Below are positions 39,528-49,026 of a stretch of DNA of 64,000 nucleotides, piece by piece (position 1 is the stretch's first letter; each line of letters opens with the position of its first letter). The notes beneath the pieces are model-generated. The model was not told the DNA's origin. It saw only the letters and a list, made by a program, of their open reading frames with translations, and did no database searches. The DNA comes from Fibrobacteria bacterium. GTDB taxonomy: Bacteria > Fibrobacterota > Fibrobacteria > UBA11236 > JADFYW01. A program made the translations under genes and the position numbers. The stretch is taken from the NCBI GenBank assembly GCA_050294405.1, contig JBNKOC010000012.1, positions 640,001 through 704,000 on the forward strand, read 5' to 3'.

Positions 39528-39623
39528 TTATTTCCCTTTCTTTTTGTGCCTGTCTCTACGACGTCTTTTTTTACGCTTGTGAGTGGCTATTTTATGTCTT
39601 TTTCTTTTTCGTCCACAGGGCAT
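39528..39623 (-). CDS. 30S ribosomal protein bS22 / AURKAIP1-COX24 (DUF1713) family small basic protein, 31 aa
   Basis: Translated by hand: MPCGRKRKRHKIATHKRKKRRRRDRHKKKGK; SD agga upstream; below the ORF-track size cutoff. Confidence 0.88.
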   Translation of the reverse strand: MPCGRKRKRHKIATHKRKKRRRRDRHKKKGK

Positions 39624-39693
39624 ATTAAATCCTAAGTCAAAAATGTTGGTTCAAAAATCTGTGGGCAAAATGAAATAAAATGCCCCATTTTTG

Positions 39694-41103
39694 TCAAGGA
39701 AGGGAAGAAAGCAAGTTTTGAGCAAATTGGCCCAATTTTGGGTCTCTGGCTCCCATACTAATAAAAATATCCCCTTTTTGAGCAAAATTAGAAGCCTGCT
39801 GCAAAATGGCTTCTTTGTTTTCAAAAAATTCTCCAATGGGGCTCAGTCCATTGATTTTAGTTATCAAATCTTTTGAAGAAATATCCTTTTGGGCTGTTCC
39901 CCCAGCGTAATAGATTTCAGGAAACCAAACCCTGTCTTCAGTACTCAGAATATCCGCAAAAATCTGGCATAATTCATCTCCCATGAGCTTCATAGGGGCG
40001 AACCCATGGGGGTGAAAAATAGCAATGACTCTTTTAAAATCCGGAGAGCTATTTTTTAATTGCAACACAGCTTTAAGACAGGCTTCCACTTTGGCTGGAT
40101 TGTGGGCAAAATCATCCAGTACCCAAACGCCCTTTTTCTCTCCTACTTTATATAGGCGTCGCTCTATGCCCTCGTAATTGGATAAGGCTTTTGCACAGTG
40201 TTCCAGGGATACTCCCAGCGCCTGGGCGGCGCAGATGGCAGCCAAGGCATTTTGCATATTAAATTCACCGGGCACTTTTAATTCAAAGCCAATGTGATTA
40301 ATGGAAAAACTGGAGCCCCATCCTAAAAGGCAGGTATCCTCCACGGCTAAGTTGTGATAACCGGTATATATATTATTCAGGCTGTAATGCAGGGATTTTA
40401 GGCGCGCGGGAATTTGCAACTTGGGAATTTCCAAATCCTCTTTATTCCAAACCGCGAAAGTTTGGCTGTGGTTCATAAATTCCTGGAAAAGGGGCAAGAG
40501 CTGGGGAATTTCCTGATGGTCCTTTTGAATGTTTAGTAACATGGAAAGGTAGGGCCGATATTTAACAATGCTGCCATCGGATTCATCGGCTTCGAAAATC
40601 AAATAATCCCCGTGACCATAGGCGCAATTGCCCGGCTCCCCCATGTTGGTGAGGCGGTTTAAATTGGCCCCGTTTATAAAAGAGGGGGAAAGGCCGGCTG
40701 TTTCCAGAATTTCAAATAACATGGCACACACCGAAGACTTGCCCGAGGTTCCTCCAATGGCGATGGATTTTTTTTTATTGCTGAGAAGGGCCAGCAAATC
40801 ACTGCGGGAAATAATGGGAATTTGGTATTCCATAGCGCGGGCAATTTCTATATGGTCCTCTTCAATGGCCGTGCTTTTTACCACCACGCTGGCATCTGGC
40901 TGAAGCCCTTTGGCATTTTGAGGATGTACTTCAATACCGAGCTTTTTAAAAATAGGAGCCGTGGGAGATAGCAAAAAATTTTCCAGCATTCTGTCGGACC
41001 CGGATACCTTATAGCCCTGTTGAGCCAGGTATTGGGCCAGAGCGCTCATACCAGAGCCTGCTATTCCAATAAAAAAGGGCTTTTTTAGGGAGATATCCTG
41101 CAT
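39694..41103 (-). CDS. UDP-N-acetylmuramate--amino acid ligase (MurC/Mpl family)
   Basis: IGIAGSGMSALA, GGTSGKSS, EADESDGS, DDFAHNP; start MQDIS. Confidence 0.88.
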   Translation of the reverse strand: MQDISLKKPFFIGIAGSGMSALAQYLAQQGYKVSGSDRMLENFLLSPTAPIFKKLGIEVHPQNAKGLQPDASVVVKSTAIEEDHIEIARAMEYQIPIISRSDLLALLSNKKKSIAIGGTSGKSSVCAMLFEILETAGLSPSFINGANLNRLTNMGEPGNCAYGHGDYLIFEADESDGSIVKYRPYLSMLLNIQKDHQEIPQLLPLFQEFMNHSQTFAVWNKEDLEIPKLQIPARLKSLHYSLNNIYTGYHNLAVEDTCLLGWGSSFSINHIGFELKVPGEFNMQNALAAICAAQALGVSLEHCAKALSNYEGIERRLYKVGEKKGVWVLDDFAHNPAKVEACLKAVLQLKNSSPDFKRVIAIFHPHGFAPMKLMGDELCQIFADILSTEDRVWFPEIYYAGGTAQKDISSKDLITKINGLSPIGEFFENKEAILQQASNFAQKGDIFISMGARDPKLGQFAQNLLSSLP

Positions 41104-41294
41104 ATTAATAATCCGGAATTGTTTTACCTGGCTTAATATACCATTTGGGGCTGGCAAGGTTCAGGAAATTTCCACAAAATTCCCCAAGTATGGCTTATTT
41201 TAGGCATTTTTTCTATTTCATTTTGACCCTGATTTAATAATTTCAGGGGGTCGGCTAACCCGTGTATTTAGCCAGGATATTCACAGAGAACCGA

Positions 41295-41930
41295 ATGAAT
41301 ACTTTGTTAAAAATTATTGTTTTTTCCTTTTTGTGCAGCTTTGCCCTTTGTTATGGGGAAAGCCAGCGAGATGTTATGGAAAAGGCCGCAAAGTACTACA
41401 AGGAGGCGGGTAGTTTTAAATTGCTGTTTCATTCCAAAGTGTATGTGGCGGCCATGGATGAATGGGAAAATACAGAGGGAACCCTTTGGGTAGGCCCTAA
41501 TAATTCCTTTCGCCTGGAGTTGCCCACCCTTACCATGGCCTCCAATGGCAAAACCCTATACAAGCATAGCGAATCCAACAATCAAATCGTGGTGGAAACT
41601 GTGGGAGAAAAAAGCTCCGGCCAGCATCCTTCCCAGCTTTTGTTTTCTTTTTTAGAGTGCAAACCTTTGGGTATGGAAGAATCGGAAGGAGAAGGGGGAA
41701 AGCTTTTAAAGCTGGATTTAAAACCGGAAAAAAACCTAAGGCAATTTACCAAATTGCAAGTGTGGTTGGATGCGAAAAGCAAGGCTCCCGTTAAAATGCT
41801 TACAGAAGACGAAGCGGAAAATCGCCATGTATATGAAATAAAGAAAATTATTCCCAAGCAAAAATTTAAAGATAAACTGTTCTCGCTCAATAAAATCAAA
41901 GGGGTGGAATGGGTGGACTTGAGAGGTTGA
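41295..41930 (+). CDS. lolA: Outer-membrane lipoprotein carrier LolA family protein
   Basis: Signal peptide, FRLE..SNGKTLY..NNQI, HPSQLL, C-terminal F..KGVEWVDLR. Confidence 0.8.
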   Translation: MNTLLKIIVFSFLCSFALCYGESQRDVMEKAAKYYKEAGSFKLLFHSKVYVAAMDEWENTEGTLWVGPNNSFRLELPTLTMASNGKTLYKHSESNNQIVVETVGEKSSGQHPSQLLFSFLECKPLGMEESEGEGGKLLKLDLKPEKNLRQFTKLQVWLDAKSKAPVKMLTEDEAENRHVYEIKKIIPKQKFKDKLFSLNKIKGVEWVDLRG

Positions 41931-41934
41931 GCTG

Positions 41935-43512
41935 GTGGTAAGATTTCTTCTTTTGGCTTTGGGAATGTTTATAATCCCCCAAAGTTTTTCCCAGGGAGAT
42001 GTTCTAGTTTCCAAGGGTTCCGGGTTTTTGCGCAGCAGCGGCAATCAAATCTGGATGTTTAATAAAAGCTCTGATAGCGAAAACCTCTCTTTTAGCCGCA
42101 TAAACTTTTTTACCAATCCACCGGAAGTCTATACCACAAAAAGGGAAGAGTATCCTTTGACCCATGCTGTTAGCGTAGGCCGAACAGTTTTTGGCCATTC
42201 CATAAAGGAAGTAGATTTTTATCCGGAGGGAGATGGAAAAGATATTTGGGTGGGCTTCTTCCAATTGGAATCCAGTGACGATAAAGAGCGATTTGATTTT
42301 ATCTATCAGGATAACTCGGGCCTTAGCTCCGCGGTGGAAATTTCGGACTTGGATGTTTGGGATTCCCTGATTTTTCTTAGTTATGGAAACGGGGGAATTG
42401 CCGCTCTCGAATATGGCTCAGAGGCAAACAATTGGAATGTGAACATGGGGGAAAGCCTTGGATTTTTCTCTTTAGATAAAAACGATTCCCTTCAGCAAAT
42501 ATTAAGCTGCTCTTTATCTGACACCTGCTCTTTTTCAGCCCTCAATGGTTTGGAAAATGATATTGGAGTGCTATACATTGACGAGTTGGCTTTAAGTTCG
42601 GTTAACGACAGCTTGTTTGTGTATGTTATTGCGGGTTCTTCTTCGGAGGATGAAAATAACGAAACGGGTAGTTTGAAAAAAGGGCTTTGGGGAGAAGGAA
42701 AGTTACAGGATTTGAACATACCTGAACTGGAAAACCTGGAACTCGGCGCCAATTTACTTTCCGTGAACCCTAACAATAACATTTTGTGGCTTTTTGCCAA
42801 AAACAGCCTGTATCTTAGTTCTGATAGAGGGAATAGTTTTCAGAAAGCCCAGGGAATCCCCGAAGATATTTTAAGCCGATATGAAAAGCCCAGCCTTGCT
42901 TTTTTAGGAGATAGCACACTTATTAATTTTAACTTTCCCAACAATCCGGGATTGGTGTATTTCTTGGGAGACAGCTTGCTAAGTTTTCCCCAAGAGGAGA
43001 ATGACCCCTATTCCACTTTTTTAGAACCGGATTTACGGCAATTGTTGCCTCCTGGAATTAGCCTTGGCGAAATTGCCATCGCCAGTGAGGGAAATGAAAA
43101 TGTTATTGCAGTGGGAAGCGCCGGACAAGGGCTTTTTTACAAAATGGCGGAATCCGACGAACCCTGGCAAAATTTAATTCTGCAAACAGGAGTTAAAAAA
43201 GGGCTTTCCCAGGTTATTACTTTTCCCAGTATATTTGACGGTTCAGGGACAGTAGGACTCGGATACCAAATTTCCAACGATGCCAATGTTACTATTAAGG
43301 TTTTTAATTACGCCATGGAAGAAGTTCGAACTTTGGTGAAATCCGGTAAAAGGGTAGGCGGAGGCTCACGCAGTGAAAATACCGTAGAAGACCGTTGGGA
43401 CGGCCGGGACGACCATGGGAACTTGGTGGCGGCCGGAATGTATTACATACAGGTGGATGCGGACTCAGGCGAACGGGGCTGGGGAAAAGTGATGGTGGTA
43501 AGTGGCCGCTAA
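41935..43512 (+). CDS. Secreted beta-rich protein with C-terminal FlgD-Ig / T9SS-like sorting domain
   Basis: Signal peptide, Asp-box SSDRGNSF, C-terminal TFPS..TIKVFN..EEVRTLV..WDGRDDHGNLVAAGMYYIQV. Confidence 0.7.
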   Translation: MVRFLLLALGMFIIPQSFSQGDVLVSKGSGFLRSSGNQIWMFNKSSDSENLSFSRINFFTNPPEVYTTKREEYPLTHAVSVGRTVFGHSIKEVDFYPEGDGKDIWVGFFQLESSDDKERFDFIYQDNSGLSSAVEISDLDVWDSLIFLSYGNGGIAALEYGSEANNWNVNMGESLGFFSLDKNDSLQQILSCSLSDTCSFSALNGLENDIGVLYIDELALSSVNDSLFVYVIAGSSSEDENNETGSLKKGLWGEGKLQDLNIPELENLELGANLLSVNPNNNILWLFAKNSLYLSSDRGNSFQKAQGIPEDILSRYEKPSLAFLGDSTLINFNFPNNPGLVYFLGDSLLSFPQEENDPYSTFLEPDLRQLLPPGISLGEIAIASEGNENVIAVGSAGQGLFYKMAESDEPWQNLILQTGVKKGLSQVITFPSIFDGSGTVGLGYQISNDANVTIKVFNYAMEEVRTLVKSGKRVGGGSRSENTVEDRWDGRDDHGNLVAAGMYYIQVDADSGERGWGKVMVVSGR

Positions 43513-44515
43513 AATTTTTACCTGGATGTTAATCAGCGTAGGCTTCCAAATGGCACTGGCTTCTAATGAGCGCATGTTAGGTTCTTATCCCGGAGTGCTG
43601 GACCGCATGGGAGCGGGCATTGCTGAATTGGGGCAGGGCAATGCTGTGAGTTCCCGGTTAGATATCACCCCAGCTTCCTATTGGAACCCCGCCATATTAG
43701 GATTTCTCGGCAAAAAACCTGTGCTTTCCATGGGGGCGGACATGAGATCTCTCAACCGAAATGGAGGCTATGCCAGCATTGAGTGGAAGGTTGCCCCTAA
43801 CATGGGCTGCGGTCTTAGCCTGGTGAATAGAGGAGATTATAATTTCGAAGCCTATGATGAAAACGAAGAACTCTTGGGCACCGCACGTCCTCAGGATTTA
43901 GGCTTTTATTTGGGAATGGGAATTAAAACATCCAGAAGAAATAGCTTGGGAGCGTCTTTACAATGGTTTCAGGCCAACCGGGATATTGGCGGCGTGGGAG
44001 ATATTAATACCATTGGTATCTGGAACGTATCCTGGTTTAGAAAGTGGAATAATAACTGGCAGTCCGGTTTGGTAATACGAAATTTAGGAATGAACAAAAG
44101 GTTGTCGGCATCTTATGAGTACCGAAGTTTTATTGGGGGAAATGCGGCTCAGTTGGACGGCACTGCGGAAGATTTTTTTCCAAAAACCATGGTGGCTTCT
44201 GTTCGCTATACCACCAAGTTAGCGGAAAGAGAGCTTAGCCTTGCCTTCGAATTCCTGGATTTTCAGTTAGATCCTGAATTTTTTGACATGGACGCGGACC
44301 ACCATGCCCAGGGAATTCGCCTTGGAGCCGAGTATCAGTTTAAATCGGATATGCAGCTGCGAGCTGGTTTTGATAGGGGGAATATTTCCTTTGGCTTTGG
44401 CTATTTGCTGCCCTATTTTAAACGCAAAAAAATCAGTTTTGATTACGCCGTATTATTGGAACGCTACGCTACCACCATTAATATTCTATTATTTGGATTA
44501 AAATATCATATATGA
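43502..44515 (+). CDS. PorV/PorQ-like outer-membrane beta-barrel
   Basis: GAGIAELGQGNA..ASYWNPA, GAEY..LRAG..FGFG. Confidence 0.7.
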   Translation: MAAKIFTWMLISVGFQMALASNERMLGSYPGVLDRMGAGIAELGQGNAVSSRLDITPASYWNPAILGFLGKKPVLSMGADMRSLNRNGGYASIEWKVAPNMGCGLSLVNRGDYNFEAYDENEELLGTARPQDLGFYLGMGIKTSRRNSLGASLQWFQANRDIGGVGDINTIGIWNVSWFRKWNNNWQSGLVIRNLGMNKRLSASYEYRSFIGGNAAQLDGTAEDFFPKTMVASVRYTTKLAERELSLAFEFLDFQLDPEFFDMDADHHAQGIRLGAEYQFKSDMQLRAGFDRGNISFGFGYLLPYFKRKKISFDYAVLLERYATTINILLFGLKYHI

Positions 44516-45441
44516 TAAAGTGGATATTAATGGGATGTATAGGGCTATTGGGGCCGGGCGCACTTTTTGCCGATTGGTATGAAATGGATAGGGGAGCTGG
44601 GGAAGCCAGTTTTCAAATTTTAAAAATACATTTGGACCCCAAAGTGGTGGCCATGGCAGGTGCGGGAACGGCTCTCTATGGTCGGGCGCTGAGTTCAACG
44701 GATATGAACCCTGCCAGCATTAATCCCGACAGCATGTCTTTGTATCTGGGCCAGGGCTACCCTTACAGAGAATCAGGCGCCATGATTAGCCATGGAATCT
44801 GGAATCTGGATTTTAGCAATCACAAAACATTTTTCCATTATCGTTATTTGGGCTTCGGGGGTGATCTTCCCGGTTACGATGCGGACAATAACCCCACCTC
44901 CGATTACAGCGCCCATAGCCTTAAAGTGGAATTTGGGTATGCCAATCGTTTTAAATTTGTGAACTATGGGGCGGGCATAAGTTATGTGGAAAATAACATA
45001 TCCTGGGCCAACTACCGAACTTTTATTTTGGATTTGGGTTTACAAGCCAATGTATTGCCTGGTCTTTCCCTGGGAGCGGCCCTAAATAACGGAGAAATTT
45101 TCACCTCTGAGCCTCAAACCTCTGCCGGGGTGAAACCATTTCCTCCCACCACAGTGAGAGCAGGTATCGCCTATACATACAACGCTCCGAAGGAAATAGA
45201 TCTGTGCATAGCTTTGGATGCCAGAACTCGCAAAGATGAAAAATTAAATTTTCCCATGGGAGTTGAAATAAGCTGGAAAAAAATCATTTCCCTTAGAACA
45301 GGTTATCCCCTGGGAGAACCAGAACCCGCCCAGTCCTTTGGAATCGGAGTTCAATACAAGCGCCTTATTGTGGACTACGGCTTAAAACGCTACGAGACCT
45401 TAAGTCCTGGGCATTTTTGGATGTTGGGACTCAAGATTTAA
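44512..45441 (+). CDS. PorV/PorQ-like outer-membrane beta-barrel
   Basis: FQILKI..PKVVAMAGAG..MNPAS, DLGLQ, GVE..LRTGY..FGIG. Confidence 0.72.
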   Translation: MIKWILMGCIGLLGPGALFADWYEMDRGAGEASFQILKIHLDPKVVAMAGAGTALYGRALSSTDMNPASINPDSMSLYLGQGYPYRESGAMISHGIWNLDFSNHKTFFHYRYLGFGGDLPGYDADNNPTSDYSAHSLKVEFGYANRFKFVNYGAGISYVENNISWANYRTFILDLGLQANVLPGLSLGAALNNGEIFTSEPQTSAGVKPFPPTTVRAGIAYTYNAPKEIDLCIALDARTRKDEKLNFPMGVEISWKKIISLRTGYPLGEPEPAQSFGIGVQYKRLIVDYGLKRYETLSPGHFWMLGLKI

Positions 45442-45448
45442 GTGAGCT

Positions 45449-46273
45449 TTAAAATGCGCTTCCGCTAATTAGAGCGAGTACCCCCGCCAACATATAAATT
45501 TTTAAAGCCTTTTGGGTTTGTGTCCAATTCACATGAGGTTTTAAAAGCGCCTGTAAAATTGATATAAAGGAGGGGCCTCCTATTAGAGCCAATATTATTA
45601 AATAGCTAAAATGGTAATCTTGGTGAAAATAAGGAAAGGGATAAAGCAGCAACAACAGGGCCCACAAGGCTAAACATATATTTACCGTTTTTTTCTCTCC
45701 CAATTTGTTGGCAAGAGTTTGTACTCCCGTTGCCTTATCTCCTTTTGCATCTTCGGCGTCTTTGGCAATCTCCCGAAACAAGGTGGATAAAAAAGCAAAA
45801 GCAAAGGGGTAAAAACTATCCTGAGGCAATTTTGGCCATTCGAAGTACCAAACGGCAATGGCGCACAATAAAGCCACGGTGAAATTTCCCCAGAATATGC
45901 TGTTTTTTAACTTATGGTTATATACATATAGAAACGCAATCACAATCAAAGATAAAAACAACCTGGCTGAGTCCAGAAAAGCAGCCAAGACAAAACCGCA
46001 TGTATAGAACCCCCGCATAAACCCGAGGGCTGTTTTAAGAGGGATGTTGCCATTTACCAGGGGCCGGTTTTTACCTTCGGCCCTGTCTGTTTCTATATCT
46101 AAAATATCGTTTTGGATATTTCCCGCGGCGGTCATCAACCCCAGACTGGCAAAGCCAATAGCCCATTGAAAAAAGCCAGGTGAGTTCGCTAAACAAAGGG
46201 CTCCCAATGCCATGCTGAAACCCACGATGGCAATATTTTGAAATCGAATGAGTTGAAAAAAAGCTTTAATCAT
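45449..46273 (-). CDS. UbiA family prenyltransferase (DGGGP-synthase-like)
   Basis: NDILDIETD..RPL, YNHKLK, REIAKDAEDAKGD..TL. Confidence 0.85.
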   Translation of the reverse strand: MIKAFFQLIRFQNIAIVGFSMALGALCLANSPGFFQWAIGFASLGLMTAAGNIQNDILDIETDRAEGKNRPLVNGNIPLKTALGFMRGFYTCGFVLAAFLDSARLFLSLIVIAFLYVYNHKLKNSIFWGNFTVALLCAIAVWYFEWPKLPQDSFYPFAFAFLSTLFREIAKDAEDAKGDKATGVQTLANKLGEKKTVNICLALWALLLLLYPFPYFHQDYHFSYLIILALIGGPSFISILQALLKPHVNWTQTQKALKIYMLAGVLALISGSAF

Positions 46274-46386
46274 GGACACATAAATGTAGTACATATTAAA
46301 ATTTTGCGCTTTGCTTTGGCCCCTCTTGGCAAGCCTTGCCTAAAGTCAAGCTGGCAAATTTTAAGATTGATAGACGAAGGAAAGTT

Positions 46387-47049
46387 TTAAACTTTTAAAT
46401 AGTCAATGGCGCTGTTTAAGTCTTTTTGCACGGGAATGATGTGCAAGATGCCGCTCATTTCCAAGGTGGAATGGATGGACTGAGATACATGGCAAAGGGC
46501 CACTCGTTTGCCCACGCTGTCGCAGTGGCTTTTTAGAAAAACAAAACCGCCTACAGCGAGAGTGCTTATATGGGTTAGATTTTTGCAATCGAGAATAATG
46601 GCGCTGGCTTTTTCCATAAGTTCAAAGGATTTTACTTTGAACTCTTCCAGAGAATAGGGCTCCATAAATTCGCCACCTAATTTTAAAATGGCCAGTCCCT
46701 TTTCGCTGTCTATTTGAGATTCAATGGAAAAGTGAACGCTGGAGGCAGGGTCTTTAACACTTTCTTTAGCAAAAGATTTGTGCTGGGGAAGTTTAGCTAA
46801 AATGGCATCGCTGATGTTTATGAGCTGCAGGGCGCAATTACCACTTTTAAAAACAGAAATAATATCCTCGAATTTTTCGGCCACTTCCTCGTCCATTTCG
46901 TCCAAATCGCCGAAGTCGTAGCAAAAAGTTTTTTTGCCTATTTTCATAAAGTCGGCGATAGTGGAGCGCAGGTCTGAAAAGAATTTGTCATTAAAGGGAG
47001 GCTTTAATTCGAATATAAGCCCGATTTCTTCTCTTTTTAATCTTAACAT
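46387..47049 (-). CDS. Tandem STAS domain protein (anti-sigma antagonist-like)
   Basis: Two STAS-like halves: YDFGDLDEMDEE and ILDCKNLTHISTLAVG..LEMSGI. Confidence 0.75.
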   Translation of the reverse strand: MLRLKREEIGLIFELKPPFNDKFFSDLRSTIADFMKIGKKTFCYDFGDLDEMDEEVAEKFEDIISVFKSGNCALQLINISDAILAKLPQHKSFAKESVKDPASSVHFSIESQIDSEKGLAILKLGGEFMEPYSLEEFKVKSFELMEKASAIILDCKNLTHISTLAVGGFVFLKSHCDSVGKRVALCHVSQSIHSTLEMSGILHIIPVQKDLNSAIDYLKV

Positions 47050-47298
47050 ATAATTTTGTGACCAGACCCTAACTGGATTCCTTATTATCTTAAATTGCCC
47101 GGCGCAAAATCAAGCCTTGCGGAAAAAATGCCCGGTATGTTCTAAATCTAAAACCTAATAGAAGATATTTTTTAATTTGTAATTTTTCCACCTTCTGGTG
47201 AATTACTTTTGTCAAAATTAAAAAAAACACAGAAATTAGACATATTTTTAAATTAAAGTTGAAAAATTCCCAATTTTTGGGAAGGTAAAAATTAAAAA

Positions 47299-48351
47299 AT
47301 GACTAAGCGAAAAAAACGGGGCACCTTATCCAGGCAATGGCACGATGGTAAGTTGGATGAAAATGCGCCTTCTGTGGCTCGTTGGTCCCGCGAAATTAAA
47401 TCTGCTAGTAAATCTCTCAAAACCAACAGCCATTATAATCTGGATTTGAAAGAGGGCTGGGTTGTGGAAGTCAACAAAAAATCCTGCAGGGTTCGTGATG
47501 AGGCTGCGGAAGATTACAACTGCACCTGGACCAAAAATTTGGATATGGGGGGGTACAGCTCTTTGGCGGTGGGAGATAGGGTCGGTTTTTCCATTGAGGT
47601 GGGCAATTCGGGTTTAATTTTAAAAGTCCACCCAAGGGAAAATATTATTACCCGGGTTGGTCCCAAGGACAGGCGAACCTCGAAAATGGCCTTGGCCGCT
47701 AATGTGGACCAGGTAGTGGTGATTGTTTCTTATGCGCAGCCCAGATTTAATGGAAAGTTATTGGATAGGTTTTTGGCCCGGCTTCTGGAAGTGGAGGTTC
47801 CTAAAATTGTATGTGTGAACAAATTCGATTTGAAAGAAGAAGAGCCTAAGGAGTTAGCTCATTTGGCCACGGGACCTTACCGGGTGATTTCTACTTCCAC
47901 CTTTACAGGAGAAGGACTGGATATTTTAGCCAAGGCTATGGCGGGTAAAAAAAATGTGTTTATTGGTGCTAGCGGCGTGGGAAAGTCCACTTTGATCAAA
48001 CACTTTAGCGGAGATGAAGTGATACGGACCAATGAAGTTCGGGAAGTAGATGGTCGGGGACGGCACACCACCACTCGTTCTTCTGCTTATTATTGCGGGG
48101 AGGAAAGTTGGATTTTTGACACGCCCGGTATTCGGGAATTGCCTTTGTGGGACATTCATCCCGATCAAATCCGCCAATATTTTTTTGAATTTTATGAGCT
48201 TCCCGATGCCTGCCAGTACCGCAATTGCACACATTTAGAGGAGCAGGGCTGCGCTGTTTTACGGGCTCTGGAAGAAGGTAAAATCCGGGACTGGCGTTAC
48301 GCTTCCTATAGGAAAATGATAGAAGGAGGAGAACGCAACTCCTACGTTTAA
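47299..48351 (+). CDS. rsgA: Ribosome small subunit-dependent GTPase A
   Basis: NKFD, GASGVGKS, GRHTTT, DTPG, Zn site CQYRNCTHLEEQGC. Confidence 0.96.
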   Translation: MTKRKKRGTLSRQWHDGKLDENAPSVARWSREIKSASKSLKTNSHYNLDLKEGWVVEVNKKSCRVRDEAAEDYNCTWTKNLDMGGYSSLAVGDRVGFSIEVGNSGLILKVHPRENIITRVGPKDRRTSKMALAANVDQVVVIVSYAQPRFNGKLLDRFLARLLEVEVPKIVCVNKFDLKEEEPKELAHLATGPYRVISTSTFTGEGLDILAKAMAGKKNVFIGASGVGKSTLIKHFSGDEVIRTNEVREVDGRGRHTTTRSSAYYCGEESWIFDTPGIRELPLWDIHPDQIRQYFFEFYELPDACQYRNCTHLEEQGCAVLRALEEGKIRDWRYASYRKMIEGGERNSYV

Positions 48352-48408
48352 AGTTATTCGCAGTCTGAAATTTGACTAATTTTTTAAATAAGCTTTTTTT
48401 ACAAACCT

Positions 48409-48825
48409 ATGACGAACTTGCTATTTGCCAAAATTGCCATGGCCCTAACCGTTGGTTTTGTGGGTCTTAATTTACACCAGCTTTTTTCCCCCTATAAATA
48501 CGTAAAGGGAAAAATTGTGGAGTTTTCCAAATTTGTAAAGGAAACCGGGGATAAAACCAGCTTAAATATTATGTCCCTGCTTTTTTATGTGCTGGTGCCT
48601 GGCGTATATTTAATTCTACTGGCGAAAGCCGAGTTTTTCAATTTGGGTATGCTGGCCATTGGCCTTAAATTTTTGGTTACGGCTTCCTTTTCCTATTGGG
48701 TTCAAAAAAATATGATTCTAAACGGGCAGTACCCTAGGTGGATTCATGTTCTATCTAAGTCGGATAATATTTTAAATGTGATATTTTCCGCGGCTGTCGC
48801 CTATTTTTTAATATTCCCCGTTTAG
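48409..48825 (+). CDS. Hypothetical membrane protein (about 4 TM)
   Basis: 138-aa hydrophobic ORF filling the gap. Confidence 0.65.
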   Translation: MTNLLFAKIAMALTVGFVGLNLHQLFSPYKYVKGKIVEFSKFVKETGDKTSLNIMSLLFYVLVPGVYLILLAKAEFFNLGMLAIGLKFLVTASFSYWVQKNMILNGQYPRWIHVLSKSDNILNVIFSAAVAYFLIFPV

Positions 48826-49026
48826 CAGTATAGCACGGTCCATGGAGCCAGGTTGAGGATTAAAGGACTCCTGTTATTTTCTTTATTTTATCCCCCCAGG
48901 GGCGGATAAATGATCTATAATAGAAAAACCAAATCACAAAGCCTGGCATATTGGGAGTGTAGTTCTGTGGAAGGGATCCCTATCTAAGGGTGGGAAACTC
49001 TTCCCTGGAAAAATTCAGGGAGAAAA

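Noticed and set aside
39497..39536. GGGAA..TTCCC palindromes as a recD2 operator
   Set aside because: One overlaps the 3' end of the bS22-like ORF and the other is explained as a hairpin after it; no independent support
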